Positions 26,047 through 37,078 of a stretch of 64,000 nucleotides of DNA are shown here, piece by piece. The DNA is taken from the NCBI GenBank assembly GCA_964016885.1, contig OZ024748.1, positions 29,016,001 to 29,080,000 of the forward strand. Direction: 5' to 3'. The translations under genes and the position numbers were made by a program. Each line of letters starts with the position of its first letter. The first letter of the stretch is position 1. The notes beneath the pieces are model-generated. The model worked only from the letters and a program-made list of their open reading frames with translations, was not told the origin of the DNA and did not search any database. This DNA comes from Eledone cirrhosa (taxonomy: Eukaryota).

Positions 26047-26073
26047 GTATGTATGTATATATATATATGTATG

Positions 26074-26106
<33 letters not shown>

Positions 26107-26239
26107 ATATATATATATATATATATGTAGATATATATATATATGTATGTATATATATATATGTATGTATATATATATATATGTATGTATATATATATGT
26201 ATGTATATATATATATATGTATGTATATATATATATATG

Positions 26240-26290
<51 letters not shown>

Positions 26291-26628
26291 ATATATATGT
26301 ATGTATATATATATGTATGTATATATATATATATATGTATATGTATGTATATATATATGTATGTATATATATATGTATGTATATATATATATATGTATGT
26401 ATATATATATATATGTATATGTATGTATATATATATATATGTATGTATATATATATATATGTATGTATATATATATATATGTATATGTATGTATATATAT
26501 ATATATATGTATATATATGTATATATATGTATATATATGTATATATATATATATATGTATGTATATATATATATGTATGTATGTTTTCAAAATCCAAATT
26601 CAATAAACAGACCAGGATTTTTTCATTT

Positions 26629-26688
26629 TTTCATTCTGAGGATTGAAAGCAAAATTCTTTGCTTTTAAGAAACCACTGGTAAATGGAA
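26629..26688 (+). ncRNA. Type I hammerhead ribozyme in TA-flanked island ~26583-26785
   Basis: UUUCAUU-CUGAGGA-11-bp stem II (UUGAAAGCAAA/UUUGCUUUUAA)-GAAA-CCACUGG-UA^AAUGGAA. Confidence 0.8.
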
Positions 26689-26800
26689 TAATTGCCTTAT
26701 GTTGTTTATTAAATAACTATTAAGCTCTGTTACCTACATAGAGCACTCTTTTTTCCTGGACTTTTCCGATGGAATTACTTCATTTATGTATGTATATATA

Positions 26801-27045
26801 GACCGGGTGATGTGTTGTTTCCTTGAGCAAGACACTTTATTTCACATTGCTCCAGTTTACTCAGCTGTAGAAATGAGATGATAGGGACTGTGGTCCCTAT
26901 CATTCCACTGCAAAGTGGTCGTGGAGGTGCCACGACAAAAAAGCACCCAGCACTTACTGTAAATGAGGTTGGTGTTATGAAGGGCATCCAGCTGTAGAAA
27001 TCAAGTAGGGAAAAAGTGGACCTTAAATGAAATGATGATGATGAT
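26801..27045 (+). mobile_element. 5'-truncated SINE with RTE-derived tail
   Basis: TCCTTGAGCAAGACACTTTATTTCACATTGCTCC core, RTE-like 3'UTR, (GAT)n. Confidence 0.7.
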
Positions 27046-27091
27046 ATAGAATTTACAAGAATCAAAGCTATGTTCGTTCAAAGCATTTATT

Positions 27092-27138
27092 CACTTACAA
27101 TTGTTTCATCCAAACCTAGGCTTGGAGTCTTCGGAGCA
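27092..27138 (-). ncRNA. Variant or degenerate type I hammerhead (CCGAAGA core)
   Basis: UGCU-CCGAAGA-cUCCAAGC(CUAG)GUUUGGAu-GAAA-CAAUUG-UA^AGUG, weak stem I. Confidence 0.5.
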
Positions 27139-27831
27139 TTTTACAATGTTTGTACACATAATTGACCTCCTATCCAATGCAAGAGACATACAGATACATA
27201 TATATATATTGATGTACAGTGGAGTGACATATATTATACTATACTATCTTTGTACAGCAATTCAAATTCAAAATCAAAATTCCAAAAATTTCAAAAATTT
27301 CAAAAATTTCAAAAATTTCAAAAATCCCCCAAATCCCCAAAATTCAAAAAGTTCAAAAAATTCCCCAAAAGTCATAAATTCCAAAATCCATTTGGCAGAT
27401 AACACAGATAATGCAAGAGGATAGTTTGATAGTCAGATCTAGTAGGTAGTGTATGCGTTAGTTACACATGGAGCATGCAAGTGTGTCTCACTTATATACG
27501 ATTATTGTGTAGCAAGGTGTTACATGTAATGCAAGCACTTTAAGCGGGTTAGCAAGAGTATTATGGTGGTTGAAGTGGTAGGGTATTTTTTGTATAGATC
27601 AAAAAAGTATGTGTGCAGAAAAAGAAAAAGAAAAAGAAAGTTATAGTTTTCGTATCCACCACCATTTTCACATTCAGAAAAAGGAAGAAATAGTTTTTAC
27701 ATCCATCACATAAGTTACGATTATTCCATATTGAATGTTTGATGCATTAAATTATTGTAGCGTATTGAGGCTCATGTATATATATATATGTATGTATATA
27801 TATATATATATATATAATATATGTATGTATA

Positions 27832-27884
<53 letters not shown>

Positions 27885-28903
27885 ATATTTATATATATAT
27901 ATATATATGTATGTATATATATTCACATATATATACATATATATATATACAGCTTGATATATATATATATATATACACATATATATATACAGCTTGATGC
28001 CCTTCCTAACACCAACCACGTTTACAGTGTGGAACTGGATGGCCCGTTATGAGGAGGGTCTGGCCAGTTGGCCACGCCATGCCCTGCTTACATCGGAACT
28101 ATAATTTAGGACCTAGGTGGGGCCACTATTTGGGAGGTTGGGCCAGTTGTTCGCGCCAAATCTTGCTCATAAAGGAGCCATGTTATCAGGTGGTCCTGAT
28201 ATGTTTGTTAATGATGAAACCCACTCCATGTTTGTGTTTGGTGTCACTACGATTTGTGGCCTTCATCTGTAGTTGTCTCACTAAATCCAGTCCACCTGAC
28301 TTCAGCCAACCCTAAGATATCCCGTGTGTATCTGGCAAGCCATTGGTGTTCTGGGCCTCGACTGATCTGACATCTTATTTGACTGTTTGTGTATTATGGT
28401 ATTTCAGTGGACTTTAGAATGCTTGGCAGTGCTCATTTTCTCTCCAACCTTCAAGTCCCTCACTAAGTTTAGCCTGCCAGCAGAAGCAGTTTCCAGGGTG
28501 TAGCTGGAAAATATTTTCAAAGCCAAAAATGAGAGTAGGGTAAAAGCCAGTGTACCCGTCCATCCCTAAGGATGCTGCTACCGGACATCAAGGTACTCTC
28601 TCTACACCCAAGTAACTATATAGATTTTCAATAGATATAGTGCTCTCTTACCACTTATTGAATATTTTGCTACACACACATCTTCCTTCAGCTGTCTTTT
28701 ATATACTTCTCTCAAAACAGCCCTCTCTTAATCCTGTTTCTTCCCTCACCCTTATTTCTCTCCCTATCTCCGCCTCTCTCTACTGTTTTCGATACTCTCC
28801 TCTTTACACAATTATTACTACTCTATTCTAAATTGTTCATATTTGTGATTTATTTGAAAATATAATCTTTTTTGTGTTCCTGTTAGTTGGTGGACCTGAC
28901 CAA
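27135..28903 (+). repeat. Source of a local segmental duplication
   Basis: 27135-27320 recurs at 36138-36320, and ~27900-28903 recurs at ~41090-42124. Confidence 0.88.
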
Positions 28904-29257
28904 AGACCTCGATGGAGTTCTGGCAGCATGGGTAGGAAAGTGGACAGATGGTCTTACATGCATGGAGACATGGACAACAGTGGCATGAACAGATCAAATG
29001 ACCAGTGGCATGGGAACAACATAAACTCAACAGGTCGTGATGCCAGTGGGGCATTTGTTGACCATGGTAATAGAGGTGGTAATAGTGGAGGGATGGTGCA
29101 AAACATGGGACCTGGTAACATGTATGGCAACCCTCAGTCACAGGGTGGGCTTACAATGGTTTCACATGGTGGTGGAAGTGGTGGTGGTGGTAATAATATG
29201 AGTGGACATATACAAGAACCTCGCTTTGATGCTTATAAAGTTATGGGATCAATGTGA
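28887..29257 (+). CDS. SAFB-like: Terminal coding exon of a SAFB/SLTM-like gene (upstream copy)
   Basis: Polypyrimidine + AG at 28885-28886. Gly/Asn/Met-rich tail ending EPRFDAYKVMGSM*, resembling invertebrate SAFB C-termini (from memory). Confidence 0.7.
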
Positions 29258-30084
29258 AAATTAAACAAAACTTTGCTACAGGACAGGCTGTATGACTAGG
29301 AGAAGCAGATGGAATCTGAAGCAGTTTATAAAACCCTACCCTGCAGCTATATATCACATATATTCTCCATTCCAATTATGAGTTAATGCTTGGTTCCAGA
29401 ATATCCAATCATTTTTCTGACCTTCCATATGTTAACACACACATACATATATAAACAAACACAACCTTCTCTCTATCTTCACATTCTCCATTTCCCAATT
29501 ATACTGTCTTAATATATTTCATGTGTTGCTATAGTTTATTTCTATAACCTCATCCAACACACACACATCACACAGTTGAATCTATTAATGAAAGAGAAGG
29601 AGGAGGAGAAATCAGATAGATTGTATTTATGAAATAGGGGGAGAAGGGAAAAAGAGCAACTATAGAATGTAATAATGAATTGGAAGAGACCACAAAATGT
29701 AATATATGGAAAAATAAAATTTATTCACATAAATGATGTTGTTAATGTTGTTTGTTACTCTTTTTTACCTTTTACCTTTGTTTTTCTCTTTTCTGTTCTC
29801 CATTACTTGGGACTCCTATCTTCAAAGCACCCAAGAAATTTCCTACAAGATGCAATTAGGCAATTTCTGTACGTAATCAGCCAAAGAAATAAAAATGAGC
29901 AATACCAATTTGATGTTTATGAAGTGTGCCAGAAAAGAAACAGGACTGGGGTTGCAAAAAAAAAATTTCAAATACAAACTACAAGTTTTTCTCTTCAAAA
30001 TAAGTCCCTTTCCCATCCTCCTCTATCACACCTCCATGCACACTTGGACAGATTCCCCACAGCCCTCTTCATGGCTTCCACATT

Positions 30085-30750
30085 TTGAAAATGGTCCCTT
30101 TGATGACTCTCTTGATCTTGGGGAAAATGAAAAAGTCTGATTTGGTTTCAAAACACTCGAGGATGTCCTGACACACCTGCATGCACCGCTCCTTCTGGTC
30201 GTCATTCAGCAACTTCAGCTCCATCTTCGTACAGATCTTCTGCATGCCCAAATGTTTGGTGAAATCTTCCAAATGCTGTTGTGGTTCATGGCCATCTCAC
30301 ATGCAATCAGTTGTAAGGTCAGCTGACAATTTCCACACACCACCTGCCCAACGTTGGCCTCAGTCATGCTTGTTGAAGGCCTTCTGCTCATGGCGTTGTC
30401 TTGCACATTTTCGCGTCTCTCTTTGAACTTTTTGTGCTACATGAAAACCTTTGAGTGTGACATCATCTCATTTCAATATGCTTGCTGCAGTATTCCGAGT
30501 GCTTCTGATGAAGTTTTCGCTAGTCAAACCAGAAATTTCAGGTTGGTTTGTTGCTCTGTGCCCATTATTCAATGGCCTAAAATTGGGGAGCTGTTAACAA
30601 AAGCCTGTGAAAAAACATACAATGGCTGCAGAGAGCTTAGATTGCAGTTATGTACTCCCCGGAAATTATGTCACATGATGACACAATGTGCTAATCCCTA
30701 CCCCACTCATAGCTCACACAGCACTTTAATTCCTGTTACTTTTTCTTAAC
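30085..30750 (-). mobile_element. Degenerate internally deleted mariner transposon
   Basis: HLGMQKICTKM..KLLNDDQKERCMQVC and FIFPKIKRVIKG match mariner transposase motifs. Confidence 0.75.
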
Positions 30751-30828
30751 TAGGAAAGGTAGGATATACGTATATAAATATAATAGACTTTTACGATAAT
30801 CACGTGTTGTTTATATGTGTAGTATTAT

Positions 30829-31419
30829 GGTAATTTACTATTTTACGTTCACAAACTCAAATAAACATTATTGCTAGTTATGTCTGGAGGTCGAAAGTGA
30901 AACTGTTAAGCAGTGAATTAAGCTTAAAAGTTTCACTTTTGAAAATTAATAAATTACCATATAGGTACTTGGAGCTGTATACAGTGGTGTGCACATAGAC
31001 GGCTTTTACGCAATACTTTGATTTGTGACTCCTTTAATGTTGAATGCTTCCTAATTAATAGGTGATATATCTGATGGCAAAACATGGTATTGCAGTAGAT
31101 TGGTGTAATTTTTGTCGCGAGCCATGTGAGATGTGGCTTGAGCAAAACCCCCAACAAATAGGTGGGATTAATGAGGATGGAGAACCAATGACGGTGGAAG
31201 TGGATGAAACTAAATTTTTTCATCGAAAATATCACTTTTAATTCTGTCTCTTTTTGTATCTAATAATTTTTCTCTCTCTTTTTCAATAAATAACCTAACC
31301 CTAACTCCTAGTCAGTAATTTTACTTGTGGTTCACCGCTTAACAGTTTCACTTTCGACCTCCAGACATAACTAGCGATAATGTTTATTTGAGTTTGAGAA
31401 CGTAAAATAGTAAATTACC
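30829..31419 (+). mobile_element. Internally deleted Merlin (IS1595/ISXO2-like) DNA transposon
   Basis: ~89-bp TIRs starting GG (30829-30917 / 31331-31419). Interior reads VDWCNFCREPCE..QIGG..VEVDETKFFHRKYH. Confidence 0.8.
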
Positions 31420-31420
31420 A

Positions 31421-31600
31421 TGGATTGGCAGTATCGGTAGAGAGTCGGATGCCATGCTTTCCAGCATAGTTACGACCCTTTACAGTCTGAGTTCAAATCC
31501 CGCCGAGGTTCACTTTGCCTTTCATCCTTATGGGGTCGATAAAATAAAGTACCAGTCATGTACTGGGTAATTGCTGGCCTTGTGCCAAAAGTAGAAACAA
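31421..31600 (+). mobile_element. tRNA-derived SINE
   Basis: B box GAGTTCAAATCC. Same family as 55010-55193 and 61133-61545. Confidence 0.8.
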
Positions 31601-31829
31601 TTATAATATATAATGTTATTGATTAGTGGAAATTACGAAACATACCCAAAAAAAACCCTAACAGATCGAAATAAACATACGAAGATTGAAAGAAAATTAC
31701 ATCTTTATTCGCAGTTTTATAAATAACATTACAAATATGTTTTAAATATATACATAAATAACATTACAAATAACATTATAAATTGCTCGCAATTCGTTCA
31801 GAAGAACATTACAAATATAATGTTGTTGA

Positions 31830-33170
31830 TAAACACAATATAAAGGTATAAGGGAGAGAGAAAAAAGTGTGTATTGGGAGGGGGGAGGGGGACAGAAACA
31901 TAAACGACAAAGGTTTTCACTACCAAGTGCGACAATCGGACGTACATCACATCATAAGGGTTAACTAAACACTTTGAGGCAAGCCAATACGCTCGCATTG
32001 CCACGGGTGGTGGTGAGACTGAGGCGCTGAAACAACCAGGCACGTTCACGGGTTTCACCTGACACCTCTGTAAGTCGAGCCGCCAACTTTTCACCTGACA
32101 CCTCTGTAAGAACTTCGCTGTCAGCGGCTCAATTCCACCAAACGTCTCGAACGCCATAGGTTGGAAAAAATTATTACCAGATAATTCCAGGAATTTGCGA
32201 ATTTTATTCCGTTCGTCAGTGACCCCCCACATTTACCGTAGAGTCCATGATGTGGGAGGGAGGAAATGAGCCACTGACTTTGGCGTTCTCTGGAGAGAAT
32301 CGGACATTGATCAAACTCTCGAGCTCACTGAAAATGAGGTTGTTGAAGTGTTGGAGAGACGACAAGAATTTGTAAGAGGAACTGACTCTGAGGAAATACA
32401 AGAACTTAGGGATTGACAAATAATTCCTAAGTATAAAAAAAACCTTGAGGTTTTTTCTAAAAATTGCTCCAGGTTAACCAACTTAGATCGAAAGATGGAC
32501 TTGAAGGCTTTGTCAGTAATTGGGGCTCCAAGGGAGCACCGTATTGATGGAGGAGCAACCACGATGGAGGGGAAGGACTCTGTGAACAGGTCAACAGTCT
32601 GCTGACATGAAGCTGGGTGGTTGAGGAGCGGGAGCTTGCATTTGAAACTGTTGTGAAGGCAACCTACTACCCAGCTGCTCAATCATCGTCTTCACAGTTG
32701 CAAGGATCTTGTCTGGGGGACCCCCTAAACAAACATCATTCAGATCCAGGTCAATGCCATCTTGGTAACATCATCAATGCCCAGTGCAAAAAGAGCAGGT
32801 CCGAGCGGGTCTCCCTGTTGGAGTCCTGTGGCAGATAGTAGGAAATGGTTGCCGACAGGGAGGTAGGAGGGCTCCCGATAGGCTTGCCAAGCTCTGGGGC
32901 CCTCTCCTTTACTGAACAGAGGATGACATTCCGACAGATGGAATTGAAAGCATTCCTGAGATCTAATTTGAGGATGATCTTGGGGTTTTCAAACGGAATA
33001 AAATTCGTAAATACCTGTATTTATCTAGTAAGTATTTTTTCCAGTCTGTGGTGTTCGAGATATTTGGTGGAGTTGGGCTGCTGACATCAAAGTTCTTTTC
33101 ATCCCTGGCGGCTTGCCTTACTGAGGTGTCAGGTGATGACCTTGAGGGTGCCTGGTTTTTTTCAACTCCT
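31830..33170 (-). mobile_element. Degenerate CRE-like (RLE-type) non-LTR retrotransposon, plus an inverted RLE fragment at 33030-33170
   Basis: ILKLDLRNAFNSI, QQGDPLGPALF, FQPMAFETFGG..FQRLS..RGNA motifs. Confidence 0.65.
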
Positions 33171-33559
33171 TAGAAAGTTATACAATTTCATTGCGGAAGA
33201 GTCACAATAGCCATTTAAAACACCAACTATTATGCATCTGTCATTTGTTTTATTTTATAAATAAGTAACTTACAAAATTTCAAAATCCTGTTGTACATCC
33301 ACCACCACCATCACCTGGTTATTAGCATTTATTTCACTGCGTGCAGCAATTTAATTGAAAATAATAACATTAGTATCTTGATTGTAAGATGTACCACGAC
33401 AAAATACTTAGCTTTCTTTAATACTACAACAAAAAAATAATGGTGACACTACCTCGCATCGTGTGACTTGCCTAGACAACTGCAGCTGTGAAATCAGTCT
33501 ATTTACCCTCTACCTATTTCTCTCTTTATAAATATCTATATCTCTTCTACTCTGACATC

Positions 33560-34200
33560 AAATTCTATAACAACTATGGAATTTACACCTGCAATGCTGC
33601 GACGTCACCTTAAGAATAAGCGCAACTTTGCCTCTCCTGGTCTTGATGGTGTTACGTACCTGCTTCTCAAACTTGGTGGGTACTTTCTTCTGCACCAGCT
33701 TTCACTCTTCTTTCAATGCTGTCTTAACAATGGTGCTATTCCGGAGCAGTGGAAAACGGCCAGTGTCATTCAAAATGGGTGATCACACGTTGCCTGTCAA
33801 CTATCGTCCAGTCAGTCTTACTAGCTGCATTGCCAAACTGATGGAATCCTGTGTCAGAGAAACATTCTGGAACTTCTGGAATTCTCACAGCCTTATCCAG
33901 CCCTTGCAATTCAGATTTATCCCTAACTCCAGCTGCTGTGATCAACTTATTGAGTTTCTTGAAGGCATCACCAGGATCACTGATGGCGACTCATGGGTGG
34001 ATGTTATTTACGTTGACATTGCTAAAGCTTTCAATTCTGTGCCACTCAAAAGACTTATGGCAAAACTCTCTGCAATGGGTGTGAGAGATGATCTTTTTAA
34101 CTGGCTGATGTCCTTCATTCTTAGTTGAAAAGAGGTAGTCACGGTTGTAAGACAGCATTCTCCACCCTATTAGATGTCATCTGGTGTACCACAGGGATCT
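33560..34200 (+). mobile_element. Degenerate CR1/L2-like RT fragment
   Basis: SPGLDG, NYRPVSLTS, YVDIAKAF, SGVPQGS with frameshifts and stops. Confidence 0.8.
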
Positions 34201-34402
34201 GTTACTTTCTTAATATATATTTTCCACATTTATTTACCATCTTAATTACTAACCTTGATATTTTGGTTGTTAAATGTCAATATAAGAAAATTAGTTAATA
34301 TTTTGTTATTAGTGTTGTCTTATTTAGAGTTTATCGACTACATAGTTGTGATAATGGGGATTCCACTAACTGTATTGTACTTTTTTTATCTGTTTATTAC
34401 AG

Positions 34403-34463
34403 GCTCTGAAAAATGAAGGTGGAAGTCTAGGAAGTGAAGGCAAATCAGGCGCAACTCCATCTC
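34403..34463 (+). CDS. SAFB-like: SAFB-like copy 2: exon following the SAP domain
   Basis: AG/GT bounded. ALKNEGG resembles the SAFB post-SAP AIEDEGG. Confidence 0.6.
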
Positions 34464-34628
34464 GTAAGTTAATTTTTATTTTTAGACATTTTGATTCCTT
34501 TATTTTCTTTGGTTGTACAATTTTTTCTGACTTTTGGGTTAGCATTGTTAAAATAACGATGTCATTTTTATTTAATATGCTATATTTTTTATTGTGCTAG
34601 TGTGACACTAAAATATATTATTTTTCAG

Positions 34629-34657
34629 AAGATCTTGCTGCTTTGGCTAAAATTGCG
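34629..34657 (+). CDS. SAFB-like: SAFB-like copy 2: 29-nt micro-exon
   Basis: TTTTTCAG acceptor, GTGAGT donor, phase-compatible with the previous exon (QDLAALAKIA). Confidence 0.55.
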
Positions 34658-35199
34658 GTGAGTTTTTTCTTGTATTCTGACTTTTATACAAATTTGACTG
34701 AAATCATGCTGATTCACCACTTTGATGGGATTTTGTTTGTCATATTGATCCCAGTACTTATTTTATTAATTGCTTTTTGATGAACCGCAAGCTCTGAAGA
34801 ACACACATGCAAACATATACGTATGGTAGGCTTCTGTATAGTTTCCATCTTCTAAATTTATTTAGTAGTCAGGTTTTGAATAAAATTCCATAAACAAATT
34901 TTTTATCACAATTTTCTCTAGACACTTTCATTTTCTTTGTCTCATTTCTATCACACACACTTCCTCTGTTAACTACAAATAACAAATTATATGTGTCAAA
35001 GTTAATATATATTTATTGTCAATTCTAGTACAGAACTGTGTGCTGGGTGGCCTGAATCTCTGCAAAGGCATGTGTTTGGAATGCGTTGCATTCATTTTAT
35101 AAATAGGCTCTTTCGTTGATCAAACAAGTAGAAATTTTGTTGTCGGAACCAACAGTGGTCTAACACACACATAACACTTCGTAATTAGTCCTCCTCTCT

Positions 35200-36137
35200 G
35201 CAGAGAGGTGCATCCTTGTGAAATAGAGAGAATACTTCGCTGATCTACTAAACCTGATCACAACAACATCTTCTGATGTACATGAGGTGCATCTGGGAGC
35301 AGTGACTAATCTCTGAGACAGGTCACAAGAGTGGTTAAAGAGCTCAAACCTGGCAATGCTGCTGGGGATGATGAAATCCAGTCCGAGAGGTTAAAAGCCT
35401 TAAATAAAGAAGGTATTCTCTGGCTGACTCATGTGTGCCAGGTAGCCTGGATCTCTGGAAAGACACCTAAACAATGGCAATCAGGAGTGGTAATCCCAAT
35501 TTTCAAAAGGCGACACGAGAGGTTGTTCCAGATACAGAAGGATTTCTTTCTTAAACCTACCCGGTAAGTCTATGTTAGGTGTCTGGGATGCAGGGGAGAT
35601 TGCCAAATCCAAGCTAGCTGATGAAAAGTGCAGTTTTTATCCAGGACGCAGCACAACCAACCAAATACTTACAGTGCGGCATGTCTTTGAGAAATTGTGG
35701 GAGTATTGCCAAGAAGTATATTCTTGTTTTGTGGACCTCGAAAAGGCATATGACCATGTTCCTCGAGATCTGCTGTTGGAGGTTGTGCAGGAGTATGGGA
35801 TCAATGGTCAGCTTCTTGTTTCTCTGATGTCTCTATACGAATGCCTGAGTATTTGGGTTAGATAAATGGTGCTAAATCGAAACTATTCAATGTGGGAGTC
35901 GGACACCACCAAGGGTACTTAATGTCACCTTTCCTGTTCATTATTTACATGAACAGAATTGACATGCGCAGCTGGGTTAGAAGTGGTATCACGACTGACA
36001 GTTGTAAAATCAGTTGGCTGGAATTTACAGATGACATGGTGTTACTTAACTCAACAGAAAGTGATCACCTACATGCACTTGATAGGTTTGATGCAAAGTG
36101 CAGAATGGTTGGAATGAAAACCAGTGCTGCGAAAACT
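35200..36137 (+). mobile_element. Old degenerate RTE-like RT fragment
   Basis: GNAAGDDEI, FVDLEKAYD, HQG..SP.LF, FTDD with frameshifts. Confidence 0.8.
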
Positions 36138-36434
36138 GAGCATTTTACAATGTTTGTACACATAATTGACCTCCTATCCAACGCAAGAGACATACAGATA
36201 CATATATATATATTGATGTACAGTGGAGTGACATATATTATACTATACTATCTTTGTACAGCAATTCAAATTCAAAATTCCTAAAATTCAAAAAATTCAA
36301 AAAATTCAAAAAAAATTCCAATATATATATTCCAGTATGTATATATGTATATATATATATATATGTATGTATATATATATGTATGTATATATATATATAT
36401 ATGTATGTATATATATATATATATATGTATATAT

Positions 36435-36836
36435 ATGCGACGGCTGGAGAGAAATGAGGCAAGCATGCTCCGTTGGATGTGCAGTGTAAATGTGCGTGAA
36501 CGACCCAGCATAAATGTGTTGAGAGAGAAACTGTGTCTGAGAGGGATAGAATGTAGTGTACGGGAGAGGAGACTGAGGTGGTATGGACATGTGATGCGCA
36601 TGGAGGATGACCGATGGGTGAAGAAGTGCCAGGAATTGCCAGTTGAAGGAAGACGTGGTAGAGGTAGACCACGAAAAACATGAGCGGAGGTGGTGAGAAC
36701 AGACCTCAGATCATTGAAGCTCACGGTGGAGATGACGAGGGACCGTGACGAGTGGAGAGATGCTGTGCTGAATAAGACCCATCCCACCCTTGCAAGCAGG
36801 GAAAAGCGGACATAAAATGATGATGATGATGATGAT
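36435..36836 (+). mobile_element. 5'-truncated RTE family C fragment
   Basis: Near-identical to the 3' part of 11691-12083; (GAT)n tail. Confidence 0.9.
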
Positions 36837-36919
36837 GTATGTATATATATGTATATATATATATATGTATGTATATATATATATGTATGTATATATATAT
36901 ATACATATATATAAGTATG

Positions 36920-36984
<65 letters not shown>

Positions 36985-37047
36985 ATATATCTATATATAT
37001 ATGTATGTATATATTTATATATATATATATATATGTATGTATATATT

Positions 37048-37078
<31 letters not shown>

